The notes beneath the pieces are model-generated. The model was not told the DNA's origin, did no database searches, and worked only from the letters and a program-made list of their open reading frames with translations. Of a DNA stretch of 64,000 nucleotides, positions 1 to 17,930 are shown one piece after another. Position numbers and translations under genes: made by a program. This DNA is from the human T2T-CHM13v2.0 reference genome, Homo sapiens. How positions within the stretch are numbered: position 1 is the first letter of the stretch; each line of letters begins with the position of its first letter. Where the stretch lies: the NCBI RefSeq assembly GCF_009914755.1, contig NC_060931.1; one strand, written 5' to 3'.

Positions 1-334
1 TAATTAAGACCCCTTTTCCCATTCAACTCTCCAAATACATAGCCCATTGCCTTAATTTTTTATTATATATATATATTTTGCTATACATAATTTTCATTTG
101 GTGCATTTTATTTACTACTGACCACTCTCAAAACCATTGCTGTGTCTGAGAATCAATAGGAATATTGAGACTAAACAAAACTCTAAAATAGTAAAGTAAT
201 TCTTGGAGTAGTTGCAGTAATAAGAACATAATTTTGGTAAAAATATGTTACGTAGCCTGAGTTTTCTAAAATCAGAAACAGAAGGGTGTATGTTGCACAG
301 GTAATTTACTAAGGAGAAACCCAATAGGCAGTAG

Positions 335-408
335 GGAAGCAGTCCTGGATAGGGAAAGCAACTTGGTGAAGTTGGAAGCAGTACTGGATAGAGGAAGCAA
401 CTTGGTGA
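335..408. repeat. Tandem duplication, two ~35 bp copies with 39 bp period, in a probable old ERVL-type LTR remnant
   Basis: GGAAGCAGTCCTGGATAGGGAAAGCAACTTGGTGA (335-369) vs GGAAGCAGTACTGGATAGAGGAAGCAACTTGGTGA (374-408). Confidence 0.85.
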
Positions 409-579
409 GGAGTCAGTGACAGTCTAGCCACACCCTGGTCCCAGGGGATCTCTGGAGAATGAATAGCTCCACAGAGTGCCCTGATTTAAGGCAAGGTGGC
501 AAGACTTGTACAGTCATTGACCCAGGAGGGTGTAACCCCTCAAGAATCTCCGGGGAAGGTGATTTCTGTCAATCTAGAC

Positions 580-747
580 CAGTTGTTATTAATGTGTGGT
601 CCCAAGACCAGCAGGGTCAGCATCACCTGAGAATTTGTAAGACATGACACATACTACATCAGAAACTCTGGAAGTGGGGCCAACCGATTTGTGATTGCAT
701 AGGCTCTCCAGGTGACTCTGATGTATCTTGAAGTTTGAGAACCACTG
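580..747 (+). mobile_element. MER5A (hAT-Charlie MITE)
   Basis: CAGTTGTTATTAATGTGTGGTCCC...CAGCATCACCTGAGAA...TCAGAAACTCTGG...CTCCAGGTGACTCTGATG...AAGTTTGAGAACCACTG follows the MER5A consensus including termini; CTAG-containing target on both sides. Confidence 0.9.
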
Positions 748-959
748 GCCTAGGGCAATCTTCCAGAGAATGACAAAGCTGTGAGCTCCTAGCATCCAGT
801 CCTCACAGCATTAAATGCTGACTTAACAACTCTGTGAAGGAAGTCCAGATCAGCCACCAACAGCACCCACTACATGTTAAATGCTTTAGTTGTATTATAG
901 TAAATCATCCCTCTCTTGTATTAACTATTTGTAGCTTCTGTAAACTTGATAATTTAACA

Positions 960-1483
960 TCTGCCCTATGCTAGTGTCCAGAAGACTCTTTGTTCTGGAC
1001 AATCCAATAGTATGTCTAAATCACCTTGCTTTGGCTTCCTACCTCACTCCTCACCCCTCCCTTCCTCCTTCTGGGAGGGCACTTTTCAAATACAAACCAG
1101 CTACTCCAGAGTTCACTCTCGATCACCTCATTTATTGTACTCTCACATCTGCTCTAATCACCCCCACAGCAAGGGAACTGGACAACTAGAAATACCTCCT
1201 TTGTTCTAGAGCCCACTGAAATTATTTTAACCAGCCAATCCTAAATCTATTTATGCTGTCTCACCTATTCTTTCCCACCAAAACAATAATAAAGTCCTCT
1301 GCCTTAAAGCTCCTTCCCATCCCTCTGCTGCATGACCAACCTCTGATGTATTCCCCCCATGACGTAACACACCTCCTGCTTTAAGAAACTGTGAGTAATA
1401 AACTATCTTTTCAATGGCAATTGTTTTCTGATCTGTTGGACTTACCGTATCTCAAATTTTCTATTAATTCACTATATTTTCAA
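960..1483 (+). mobile_element. ERVL-class solo LTR (MER54/MER73/MER74 group)
   Basis: Motifs CCCACTGAAATTATT..AGCCAATCCTAA, AATAAAGTCCTCTGCC and AATAAACTATCTTTTCAATGGCA..CTGATCTGTTGG recalled from this family; 5' boundary uncertain. Confidence 0.6.
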
Positions 1484-3235
1484 ATCTATCTCTACCACAA
1501 TCCACTCCCTTGTGGTGCACACAAGATTCATACCCAGGAGGTATGAAGAGTTATACCAGTGTGTGTGATTCCATTACCTCCACTGGTTTGGAGTTAAAAT
1601 TTCAATTTCGGGCAGTTAGAGGAAGAGAGATTCCAAAGAGAATATAAAATTATACCTCATACGATTTCTTATAATGTGAATCCCCCTTTTATTTTAAACA
1701 AGCATAATCAAAGTTCACACAAAGATAGGGAAAGTATTTGCATTTACCACATAAGAGTTGGCCTAGAGAAGAAATTCAACTGTCCTCTGTGCCAGAATTT
1801 ACATAGATTTTCCTTTGAAGCATCACACTTCAGTTGCAAACTCCCTTTGTGCTCACATGCAGAACACAGTTTTAATTTTATTATAAAGACTGTAATATGT
1901 ATACTTTTTGTCAAAACAAACAATTATGTGCTCTTTGTTTTCACGGTGTGAATGGTTATGCCAAGGCTGACACTTTGGGTGACAAATAATAATAAATATT
2001 AAACACAAGTACCAATGTAAAAGGAGTGTAATTATGTAATGAAGCTATTTTCCCACAATAACTAACGTGACATGCATCCTTTGGCATTGATTTGCATTGG
2101 ATATTTCTACAAATTGCCCAGAGTCAGCAACATTGCTTTATTATGTGCTAATACTTGTTCATGAATATATGTTTCAATTTTGAGTAAAGATTTTTTTTTA
2201 TCAAAGACTTTAAATTCAAAAGTGTGAACACAGTCCCAGCTCTAGTGACCTTGTCTTTCAGGTATTCTCTGGTGTGCCAACTGAGAAAATTGCAGGAGAT
2301 ACATTCATCTTCATCATGTGTGTTTGATAGCAGTTATTGAATTTTTAAAATTAAATAGTTTGCAGCCTATTTTAGAGTCCAAAATTTTCTGTTAAATTTT
2401 CTATCTTATGAGTGATTTATCTGTAGGTCCAAAACAGTAGAGGCTATAAAGCTGTGGCCCAAAAGATTCTTGCTCTGTGAATAGATTAAAAGGTTTTTAT
2501 CTCACTAGAAGAAAAGCTAACGCTTTACACAGATGCCAAAATCCAATGGTGTGCAATATGCACAAGTTATATCATCTTCAGTGGTCAAAGCTTGGCTAGA
2601 GACTGATGTCAGCCTCCTTTGTGAAATATTCCTTGAAAAACAGAGGTTTTAGCTACTTGAGGATTACAAGTCACTACTAGCATAATTCAAAATTTAATTC
2701 TACTCCTGATTTTATCAGGACAAGGAAGAATAAGGTTTAAAGTTTACAGGGCCAATATCTTAGCTTTTAACATAGAGGAATATTTGATGAGCTTATCATC
2801 ACCTAGCAAGCCTATCCCATGCTGTGATGATATAAAGGAAGCTGATATTCTATGTCACATAGTTTCATTTATAAGACTTAGTTTATACTAGGAGAAAAAA
2901 GATTAAGAAATACAATTCAAAACCCACAGCATTTTAAATGTATTATTTTCCCCCAATTGTAAACTTTTTAGCATAGAAAATTGCTTTTTATACTAGGAGC
3001 TCATGATTTATTGTGTCATAACCCCCCTAACCTATTCAATCAGATATAATGACAATTGTGGTAAAAACAAGGATAATGGTAATTACAATATTAATAATAT
3101 AGCTGCAATTTCATAAGTGTTTATAGGTGTCAAAATTGTTCTAAATGCTTTGGATATACGCATTATCATTAGAACAATCTCATTAGGTTCATTTTCCAGA
3201 TGAATCTGAGATGAGCGCCTAAACCTATATATGGG

Positions 3236-3340
3236 ACTCTGGAATAAGCAGATTGGATTCAAATCCAGGCTCTGCCACTGACAAGGTGGATAACCATGGG
3301 AACATTACTTGATCTCTGACACACATTAATTGAACTGTAA
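3236..3340 (+). mobile_element. MIR fragment
   Basis: Core motif GGATTCAAATCCAGGCTCTGCCACT...TTACTTGATCTCTG. Confidence 0.65.
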
Positions 3341-3533
3341 ATAGCTGACCATTTAAAAGACCCTTAAAGTGAAGCCTCTTTATAATATGAATAGTATTTC
3401 TAACATGAACTGTCAGCTTTACTTCTGAAATGTGTTTTGATTTGGTTTCCTCCTACCCACATTCACAGTTGTTTTATGAGTCTGTAACTTCATCTATCTC
3501 ACCTAGACAAAACTTATTCTCTTCCTCTACTAC

Positions 3534-3740
3534 CAGTGGTGTTTTAGAACAAGCTGTACCGGCTCATAAAATTACAATTGTTAAAATTCAGGAATTCTGA
3601 AATCTGGTTATTAAACAATTGGCAATTTGAAATCAGCCACAGTGGGAGTGTTTACACCAGAGAAATCTGTAAATTCTACAAATCTGTGCTTTTCCTTCTC
3701 CCCATCGCCTGCTGGAGATCCAGTTTACCAGCAAATTAAT
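3534..3740 (+). mobile_element. MER63A-like (hAT-Blackjack)
   Basis: CAGTGGTG..GTACCGGCTC..TTGTTAAAATTCAGGAATT..GAAATCAGCCACAGTGGGAGTGTTTACACC..CAGTTTACCAGCA. Confidence 0.75.
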
Positions 3741-4719
3741 CCTACTCTGCTAGCCTAGTAATATTCAAAAGCACACATCTGGTCACTTTTTTACATACTG
3801 TACTTCTACTGACTTCCCAGTTCCTGGAACCCAAATTACTTAAAATTACTTGTAATCATTTTCATAACTTAATAATAGGCAATCTTCCCAGCTACTCCAA
3901 CTCTCATTTCTTTCATCAAACAACAAATGTATACTATGTTACAATAACTCTTGACTTCTTAACATTCCCCAAATGTATTATGAACTCTGCACATATTGTC
4001 ATTCATAGTTTCATTTGCCTAGAATTGTCTTCATATGATGTATATTAGGATATTTCTTCCTTGTTCTTCATGATTCAATTTTGTTTTCTAATCTGTATAA
4101 CTTCCCTAAATCCTTTCTCACTTCAGGAAAAAAGAAATTCCTCCCTCTGCTCTTTTTAATAGCACATTTGTAAATGTGAACCTTAAACTTATCACCTTAA
4201 TTTATATTTGCCTAGGTGTCTAGCTAAACAGATCCAGGATGTGAGACTGTGGCTTATTACCTAGAGTATAGTAGGCGCTTATCAGAGAAAAAGTTCTCTT
4301 TAGGTAGTTAGCAGGTAAGGAAAACTCTACTCAAGACTATTGCAATAGGAGTCAAGACTACTGCAATAGGGTAGACAGACTGAACTGAACCCTTCTAAAA
4401 CAAAAGATAGGAGAGCCTTTAAGCATTGAGGTGATCTAGGGGAAAAGTGCTGGAGGACCTTGCGGAAGCAGTGTTGGTCATTGTGATTAGGCCACCTGTG
4501 TTTGCTAATTGTATTATCAAAGTTAGGCTTCTACCCTTTCACAGAAACAGGTATGGAGGCTCTATCTTTCTTAATGATTATATTTGAAAGAAATGGCTCC
4601 CAGATCCTTGAGAAAGAAATTCCTGATTTGTAAAACACACAAGAGCCCAGCAAAGATTTGCTTCTCAAAGGGACAGAGAAAGAATTTACAATTTCAGATT
4701 TTCTAAAGTAAATACTCTA

Positions 4720-6561
<1,842 letters not shown>

Positions 6562-6562
6562 C

Positions 6563-9036
<2,474 letters not shown>

Positions 9037-10429
9037 AAAGAAACCAGTTTACAGTTAAACTAAGGGGAACTTTAAGGCCATCTTGGTCATGTTTGACAAA
9101 TGTCTTAAGAATTGTTTGTGTTTGTCACCAGTGATGTGAATCCCATTAGTTATATGCATTCTAAAATCATTTATGGCTAAAAGCAATTAATACTTTGACC
9201 TTTCTATATAGACATACTAAGCATATAAATGGTGACTACCGATTGTTGTTATCTTGGGAATATTTTTATAGTAGTCTACCTAAATCTATGTTCCTACAAA
9301 GCTGTGTGCATAAAAAAATTGTATTAACAAAACCATATTTTAAATGTTGTGAAATAGTTGAGTATTTAAAGAACCCTTAAAGAGAAGACTGTACATATTT
9401 TGTATAATACCACAAAATTAAATGTTTTATAAAAATTTATTTCCTAATCTGGTTCCCCTTTTAAAAGTAAGTTATTTTTGGTGTTTTGGGGATAATCTCT
9501 TCCTTGATCGCAGTTCTAGTTACACAGGTGTTTAGTAATTCACTGAGATGCACCTTTATATATCACTTTTCTCATATATATTTCAAGATAATCATTTTTC
9601 TATATATCTATTATCCTTTGGTAAAAGAAGATATACAACCAGTGATATGAGATTTGAAATTACAGTTTCTGCATTAGACGCCTAAGGCAAATTGCTTAAT
9701 TGCTCTGTGTCTTAGTTCCTGCATCTATAATGTAATGTCATTTACCTAAACTACTAGTTAACATAAATCAAAAGGGATCATATATGGAAAGTATACTACA
9801 TAAAACTCTAAGTTAAACAAATGTGAGTTTTATGAATATATTAATATTTATAACATTATTGTTATTGTTATAATGTGTTGACATGTTTGTATTTATAATA
9901 TAATATTTTATTTAGAGTTCCTTAATTGCTCACATGACCCTGAGTGGAAAATGATTAATACACTGTGCAATTTGTTTATGCTAAATTTATTTATTTTTGC
10001 CTTTGTTAATAAGTTTTTACACCTGGTCTTAACATAGAGATTTTTGTTTTTGAAAAATAAATTGTTTTTTCCAAATTTTCAATGTTTTAGATAAAAACTT
10101 TCAAATATAGAACAAAGTGGAAAAAAATTTGCAGTAATCCTCTGTATCTACCACCTACATTCTCCCATTTTCTATTGCTTTTTTCATATAGGTAATTTCT
10201 TTACATGGAGTACAATTCACCTATGTAAGTGTACAGCCTTAAGAGTTTTGACACACAAATACATTTGCATAACTACCACCAAAATGAAGATATGTATTTT
10301 CATTTTCATTTTCCCAAACGGTTATCAAATGCCAGTTGGTAATCATTTCCTTCCCCTACTTCCAGCTCCTAGCAACCTCAGATATGATTTCTTTTCCCTT
10401 GAAAGTTTTTGTTTCTTTGAAAGTATTAG

Positions 10430-10488
10430 TTTTCCTAAATTGACAAACGAAAATAGCATATATTTATGGTGATGTGATATTGTATGTT

Positions 10489-10552
<64 letters not shown>

Positions 10553-10650
10553 AACACACACATTGTGGAATGGCTAAATCAAGGAAATTAACATATCCAG
10601 TACCCCACGTGGTTTTTTGGTTTGTTTGTTATGTTTTTGTGGTGAGATGC
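10430..10650 (-). mobile_element. L1MA8-like 3' terminal fragment
   Basis: TTGACAAACGAAAATAGCATATATTTATGG..CATTGTGGAATGGCTAAATCAAG..TTAACATAT..TTTGTGGTGAGA. Confidence 0.7.
10485..10562. repeat. Compound microsatellite (TG)8(TA)17(CA)7
   Basis: Read directly from the sequence. Confidence 0.97.
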
Positions 10651-10690
10651 TATAGTTTTATGTTTTCCAGAATGTTATATAAATGGAATC

Positions 10691-11055
10691 TGTATTAGTC
10701 CATTTTCATGCTGCTAATAAAGACATACCCAAGACTGAGGAATTTACAAAAGAAAGTGGTTTATTGGACTTACAGTTTTACATGCTGGGGAGGCCTCACA
10801 ATCATGACAGAAGGCAAGGAGGAGCAAGTCACGTCTTACATGGATGGCAGCAGGCAGAAGGAGAGCTTTTTCATGGAGACTCTCATTTTTAAAATCATTA
10901 GATCTCCTGAGACTTACTCACTATCAGGAGAACAGTATGGGAAAGACCCGACCTCATGATTCAATTATCTCCCACAGGGTCCCTCCCATAACAGGTAGGA
11001 ATTATGGGATCTACAAGATGAGATTTGAGTGGGGACACAGAGCCAAACCATATCA
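10691..11055 (-). mobile_element. THE1 (THE1A-like) MaLR solo LTR
   Basis: TGTATTAGTCCATTTTCATGCTGCT...GAGCCAAACCATATCA; perfect 5-bp TSD GAATC at 10686-10690 and 11056-11060. Confidence 0.95.
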
Positions 11056-14000
11056 GAATCTTACAGTATATAGCTTTCTGGATTTGACTTTTTTTTTAAT
11101 TTAATGCCATTCAAATTCATCAATGTCATGTCATACATGTCAACTATTTAACTAACATGTCATACATGTATTTGTAGTTATTTCTTATTTGCTGAATATT
11201 ACTCCATTATTCAACTGTACCCCAATTTGATTATCCATTCAACAGTTGATGGACCTTTGGTTTCTCTCCAGATTCTGGCAATTATGAATGAAGCTGCTAT
11301 AAATGTTTACAAACAGTTTTTGAATGGAAATCGATTTCATTTCTCTTAGAGAAATTTTCTCTTGGAGGAACATTATATTCCTAGATGTAAGATTGCTAAA
11401 TCATATGATAGGAGTGTGTTTAACTTCTTATAATATTACAAAAACTGTTTTCCAAAGTGGTTATGTTGTTTTGCATTTCTCCCAATCCATAAGAGGATGC
11501 TCACTGCACCTCATCATTCCCAGAAGTTGGAATTGTTGAATTTATTTTCATTTTATAGCCATTCTATTAGATATGAAGTGATATCTCAGTATAGTTTCAA
11601 TTTTAATTTCCATAATAAGTAATGATATTGAGTAATTTTACATGTTTATTAGCTGTCTATGTCTTCGCTAGTGTGTCTGTTCAAATCTTTTTCCATTTTT
11701 TCTTATTGTGTGTTTATGTTCTCCTTGGTAAATTGTAATAGTTCTTTATATTTTCTGTACACATCTTTTATTAATATTTCTTTACAAATTTTTTTATTTT
11801 AATATTTATATTCATGTTTGCTCTAATTTTTATTTTCTTCCTCCTGCTTCCATTGAGCTTACTTTTCTGTTCAATTACTAATTCCTTGAGATGCAGGGTT
11901 AGATTCACTTTGACATTTTCCCTATTATCCTAATATAAGGATGTAATGTATAAATTTTCTTTCGAATCCTATACCTCCACTTTACATATTTTTATATATT
12001 TTTAAAATTTTATTCAATCCAATGTATTTACCAATTTCCCTTGTGACTTTCTCTTTGACCCAAAGTTATTGAGAAGTGTATTTTTATTTTCTAAGTGTTT
12101 GGGAAATATTTCCAACATCTTTTCATTATGTACTCTAGTTTACTCATTTGGTTTTCAATTCTTTATATCTGTTAGTTTATGTTAAGGTAGAAAATATAGT
12201 CTCCTGGTGAATGTTTCATGTGTGGTTGAAGAGAATGTGTCTTCTGCTGTTTGGTGGACTGTTCAAGTATGTCAAGTTGATTGATTATGTTGTTCAAGTC
12301 TCATATATTCTTAATGTCTTTGTGTCTTTAGGAGAGAGGTCATGAAGTCTCTACATGTAATTGCAAACTTGTCTGATTTTTCTCTCTGTTCTGTCAGTTT
12401 CTTCATATAGTTTTGAAGGAAATGTACATGTAGGCATAAAATTATTAAATCTTTTTAAGGAATTGCTTTCATTATCATTGTAAGTTTTCATTTACCTCTG
12501 CTAATATTGTTTGTTCAGAGTTTGTTTTGATAGTAATATAGCCTATCTTTCTTCTGATAACTGTTTGTATTATATGGCATTTTTAATCATTATAATTTTA
12601 ACATATATATGTTTATATATTAAAAGCAGATTTCTTTTAAAAGTATCGAATTTCTGGCTTTTGAATCTAATCTTCCAAACTTTTTTCTATTGGCAATTTA
12701 GAATATTTCACATAGTTTCACATAACATAAACCTATATAGTTTTTTAATAGTTATTAATATGATTGAATTTAAATCTGTCATCTTTCTAGATGTTCTTGC
12801 TTTTCCCATCATTTTTGTTTTATTTTACTCCTTGTTTTGAAACACACAAAAATGATTATTTTTATGATTACACATTTTTCCCTACTAGCTTATTAGGTTT
12901 ACTTGTTTAGAATGTTTTAGTTTCATTAACACTTAAAGTATACAACTTTAATATAACAGTCTACTTTCAAACAATATGATATAATTTCACACATATTATT
13001 AAAACCTTGCAACAATATACTCTAACTCCTCCAAGTTATCCTTTATACTGTTTGTAATACATTTGAATTTTATATGTTATAAGCATCACAAGATAGTACT
13101 TTTTGCTTGATGATTGTCTTTTAAAATAAGTAATGAAAGAAAAAAAGTATTTTATAATTACTCTCATTTTACCATTACTAGGCACACTTCTTCTATTTGT
13201 GCAGATCCAAATTTTTATCTTTTGCCTGAAGAATAATGTTTCTTGTAGCTCAATTTTGCTGGTATTTTTTTTTAACTTTTTTCTAACAGCCTTTATTTTG
13301 CCTTCATTTTATTTTGCCTTCATTTTATTTTTCATGATTTTTTGATGGAAAAATAGAATTTGAAGTTGACTGGTTGTTTCTTCTTTCAGCAGTTTAGGCC
13401 TGGTTTGCATAATTTCTGATAAAAAGTCTGATGTCATGACTCTTGGATGCTCTGGTCTTTTCATTATTTTTTCTCTTTTGTTTCATTTTGGGGATTTTTA
13501 TTGATCAAAATTAAAGTTTCCTGATTCTTTAGCTTTGTTCATTCTTCTAATAATCCCACTGCATGAATTCTCTATCAATGATATTGATATTTTATTTCTC
13601 GCATTTTCTAAAAGCGTTTCTAGCTTTTATTTCTAGCATTTTCATTTGACTTTATTCTACAGTTTTAGTCTCTCTGCCAAAACTCCTTGTTTATCTGTTA
13701 ACAAATGCTGTCCTCTTTTTCCAATAAATTCTTTAACATGTTAATCATAGTTATTCTAAAGTCTTTGACTGCTCACCCTTTTTTGGTCTTGGTGATTACT
13801 TATTTGTTGAAAATAAATCACATTTTATTTGCTTGCTTTACATGTTTCATAATTTTTTATGGAATGCTGGATATTATGTAGTGAAGAGTAGAAGCTGGTA
13901 AAGATAGAGTTTCTGCTCATTGATAGGCACAACTCTTGTATCATCAGGCATCTAGTATAAGCTTTGGATTAACGTAGCCAGTTGAGTTTGGTTTGAGTTT

Positions 14001-15021
14001 TATTTTTTATCATGATTCAAATTGCTTCAGTGGTGGTCTGCCTGTTACTTTGTTCTTAGTGCGTGTTTGGCAAGCTAGAGAATCCTCTCAACATTTATGC
14101 TTACTCTGAGCTTTCAACAGTTCCTTCAGTCCTGTGCTACAGCTAAGAGTCTCCACATCCTCCCTCAGTGTTAGACTGATGCTGTTTCTTTCTCAATGCT
14201 AGGCTTTTGTTTTAGGCAAGATAGATTTTCTCTGTTGTCTTTGTCCAGCTTCTGTCTTAGGCAGGTCCTAAGAACCTATACCTCTAAAGTTAGGCATGTT
14301 TAGCATTTCTGGCCTTTCTTCTACTGGCATCCAAACTGAGTTTGTATCTGTGGTTGATCTTGAACAGGAGCTTTATATCTCAATTTCAGTGGATTATAAA
14401 TGTAGCTTCCAGGGAAAAAAACTGGTCCCACACCTCTCCTGTAGATGCATTTTGCTTATATGTCTCTCTTGCACAAATGGATTTTTTGCCTGTGCCCTGA
14501 TAGTAAAAAGTTTTGTTCCTCCTCTTCCAGCTGGGTAAGAATTTTCTTTGTATAAATGGTAAATCCAGGAAAGAGTACAAGTTTTTGATCTGTCACTTTC
14601 AAAACTGCCAAGCACCTCAGCATTTCTATGAGCTTTTTAGATCTTCTGCCTTGTCCCAATCTGAGGACGCTGAGGAAGAGCTTGCAAGTGAGTGAAAACT
14701 CTTTTTTTTCCCCTAGGTTCCCCAGCTGTTCTAAACATGGCCTTTAAGAACGTGTTAAAATTTTAGCTGATTTCTTCTTAACTGGTGAATGGCAGCTAAA
14801 TCTTTCTCCAATTTCCTGTCATAGTTAGAAGAGTGGGTTTCCCTTGTATCTCCTTGGAGGACATTGACCTTATTTAATATTTAGTTGGCTTGAATAAACT
14901 CAAAGTGAGTCCATGACTGGCTAAAAATATGACAAATAACTTAGCCTCCAACAATATAGTTGATATGTGCTCTGTTGATATTTATATTTTTTATTATGTA
15001 GACTGACATGACCAGACTTCA

Positions 15022-15411
<390 letters not shown>

Positions 15412-15656
15412 TTAAAGGCATCCAGGTATGACAAGCAAATCACTTACAAGGAAGAGAAATCAAATTGGCCTCGAGATTCTCTATACAAGCATAAAATGTC
15501 CTAAGACAATTGAAAAATGTCCAATAAAATTATACCCATCCAAGGGCTCATAAGCTTCAACATGATAATTAGGCACTTACAAACAAGAAGTTAAAATGTG
15601 ATAAAATTTGGTATGTATATTAGACGTAGACCTGGCATGATGTAGCACTGGATTAA

Positions 15657-15662
15657 GTGTGT

Positions 15663-15696
<34 letters not shown>
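15657..15696. repeat. (TG)n microsatellite
   Basis: About 20 TG units with one interruption. Confidence 0.95.
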
Positions 15697-15698
<2 letters not shown>

Positions 15699-15699
15699 T

Positions 15700-16800
15700 G
15701 GTAGTAAGGGAAAGAAAGGTATTAAGAATGATGACAGGGTCCTTGTTCTTTTGTCTTGAGAAACTGAGTGAATAATAGTACTTTTTGCTGAAATAGGAAA
15801 GATTGATGGAAAATCACATTATGAGGTGAGAGGCACAAATCAAAAAGTTCTATTTTAGACATGTTTAACTTGAGATGCCTATTAATCATTCAAGTGACAG
15901 CTGGGTTTATGAATTTGGAGCTCAGCAGAAAAGTTAGACAAGAGGACATATGTTTGGAACTCTTCACCCAATTTATAGTATTTTAAGCAATACAACTAAG
16001 ATTAAATAGAAAAACGTTTTAGAGAAGTAATAAAATAGAGCTTACAACCAAGAAATAAAAGGTTCAAAAAGTTAAGAAAAAAAAACAAGAAATGTACTAT
16101 CACAGAAAAAGCAAGAAAAAGTCAGGAATCAGGTAGTTGTCAACTGTGTGAAATTCAACAAAGAAGCAGGGAGAACACTAGGGAATTTAATGCAACTTCA
16201 GCAAAGCATAGAGGACAAAAGCCTGATCAAAGAGAATTTGAAAGAAAATGGGAGATGAGGACAAAGAGATGGCAAGATAGATTACTTTTAAATTATTCTG
16301 TGAAAAGGTGAGAAAAAAAGGCAAATGCTGGAATAAAATGTAGCATAAACAGTGGAGATTTTTAGATTAAAATGCATTGTTTTTTTCTTGCAAGATTTGA
16401 GATACCAAAGCACATTGGTTTAATTATTCAGTATAGCAGAAAAATTGTTGGTGTGAGAGAGAAAGGACGGGTCAAGAAAGACTGAAATATTTAGGAAGGA
16501 AGGAGGGTGAAAATCTGGGTCACAAGTACAGGATTGGCCTTTAGTAGGACCACAGACACTTCTTTGTAGTGTCAGGAAGAGAAACAGAGCATGTGCGTTA
16601 CAAATTCGGTAGGTTATAGGTTTGTTTACAGGAAGATTAAATCATTCCTGTCTATATCTTGATAAGCAAATATGAGGTGAAGATCTCATCTGAGAGTAGC
16701 TAGGGGATTGGAGAGGTTGGAAGAGAGAAGAAAAATACAATTGTTGTCCCTGGGAATGGGAATTCTCACTTATTGGGGAAATGTAAAAAATTGTCTGAAT
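15700..16800 (-). mobile_element. L2 remnant
   Basis: Purine-rich antisense L2 motifs, e.g. TTTTAGACATGTTTAACTTGAGATGCCTATT and TGGAGCTCAGCAGAAAAG. Confidence 0.6.
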
Positions 16801-17164
16801 ATGTTGATTACCCATTTCAGCTGTGTGGGTATAAATGGAAAGATAATTCGTGTAACCTGATTGAATAATTTTCTACAGCAAAATTCAACTTTTCACATAT
16901 AAGTGTAGTATAGAAGAAGTGTTGGATTAAATAGATTTGCAGTTCAGCTAGGTGAATAAGAAGGGGAAATGTCAAGAAATAAGGATTTTCCTAATAATTT
17001 TGATGAAACACCAGATCTTGAACTGGAATTTTAATTGGAAGATGAAACTAATGATTGATAACAGAAAAGAAAATAGTAAATTTGTCCAGCTGAATTAATA
17101 GAAAAATGAGGAGGAGGCAGGAGTACAGGGAAATGCTTAAAAGTGGAATTTTGGAAGTATTCCG

Positions 17165-17263
17165 TTACAAATTAGCGTGGTTGTGTTCCAATAACGTTTT
17201 ACTTAAAAATAAAACAGGTGGCAGACCAGATTTAGAACATGGGCCATAGCTTGCAGACTCCTA
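17165..17263 (+). mobile_element. MER58A 3' half (hAT-Charlie)
   Basis: GCGTGGTTGTGTTCCAATAA..AAAACAGGTGGCAGACCAGATTT..GGGCCATAGCTTGCAGACTCCT. Confidence 0.75.
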
Positions 17264-17279
17264 TATTAATGGGTGACAT

Positions 17280-17930
17280 GGAACTCTACTAGTCTAAAGT
17301 AGTGTTCAGAAGATACTGCTTTATAGTTCCAAGTTCAGGCCACAGGTCTAGACTGGGGTAACAGTTTCTCTATCACTAAGACAATATGACCAAGTGGATG
17401 TCATGATACTAGCCTTAGCCGTCATGCATAAGATGCTGGAGGGAGCTTCTGGAGAACCCCTCAAAAAGATGTATTTTACAAAGTGATAAGCAGATCCTTG
17501 CCGCAGAACACAATGGGGACCTCTTGATTTCTGCTATGAAACTTCTCTGACACTGTTGTAAATGAAACCCTGTAGCATCCTGATCAGCACTCATATAAAA
17601 ACATGCAGAAAGTCCAGAGTAATTAACACTTTCAGTGCCAGCTTTGATCCACAGAGTACAGGAAATAATGGTCAGATGTTTTTGTCTTTTATCACCTGAG
17701 TACATAGTTTTAATAGATATTTTATAAGACTTCTCAGAATTTTCTGCTTGACAGTACTAGTTGCTCATAGTCACGGCCAACTCAGTTACATAGGCTTGTA
17801 TTTGTTTCCCCTTCTGCATTTTGCTTTCTTCATCTCTCTACTGATCATTCTGAGATTACCTTCCCCAAAACACCACCTGTATCAAATGCTCATCTCAGAA
17901 ACTTATTTCAAGGGAACTCAGTGCAAGATG
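17280..17930 (+). mobile_element. Old ERVL LTR (LTR16/LTR33-like)
   Basis: 3' end GATTACCTTCCCCAAAACACCACCTGTATCAAATGCTCATCTCAG..GGGAACTCAGTGCAAGA resembles the LTR16 terminus; highly diverged. Confidence 0.45.

Larger units (their letters stand above)
10190..14900 (-). mobile_element. Old L1M (L1MC/MD/ME-type) remnant, fragmented, hosting THE1A and an L1MA 3' end
   Basis: Antisense L1 motifs such as GTTGATGGACCTTTGG..ATTATGAATGAAGCTGCTATAAA, TTTTCCAAAGTGGTT and GAATGTTTCATGTGTGGTTGAAGAGAATGTG; T-rich strand; ends approximate. Confidence 0.7.

Noticed and set aside
335-408. Direct repeats resembling a CRISPR-like array
   Set aside because: Only two adjacent copies with a 4-bp gap, in eukaryotic repeat DNA; a simple tandem duplication
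2245-2330. Possible splice acceptor CCTTGTCTTTCAG at 2261
   Set aside because: No convincing donor or coding frame follows; such motifs are common in AT-rich DNA
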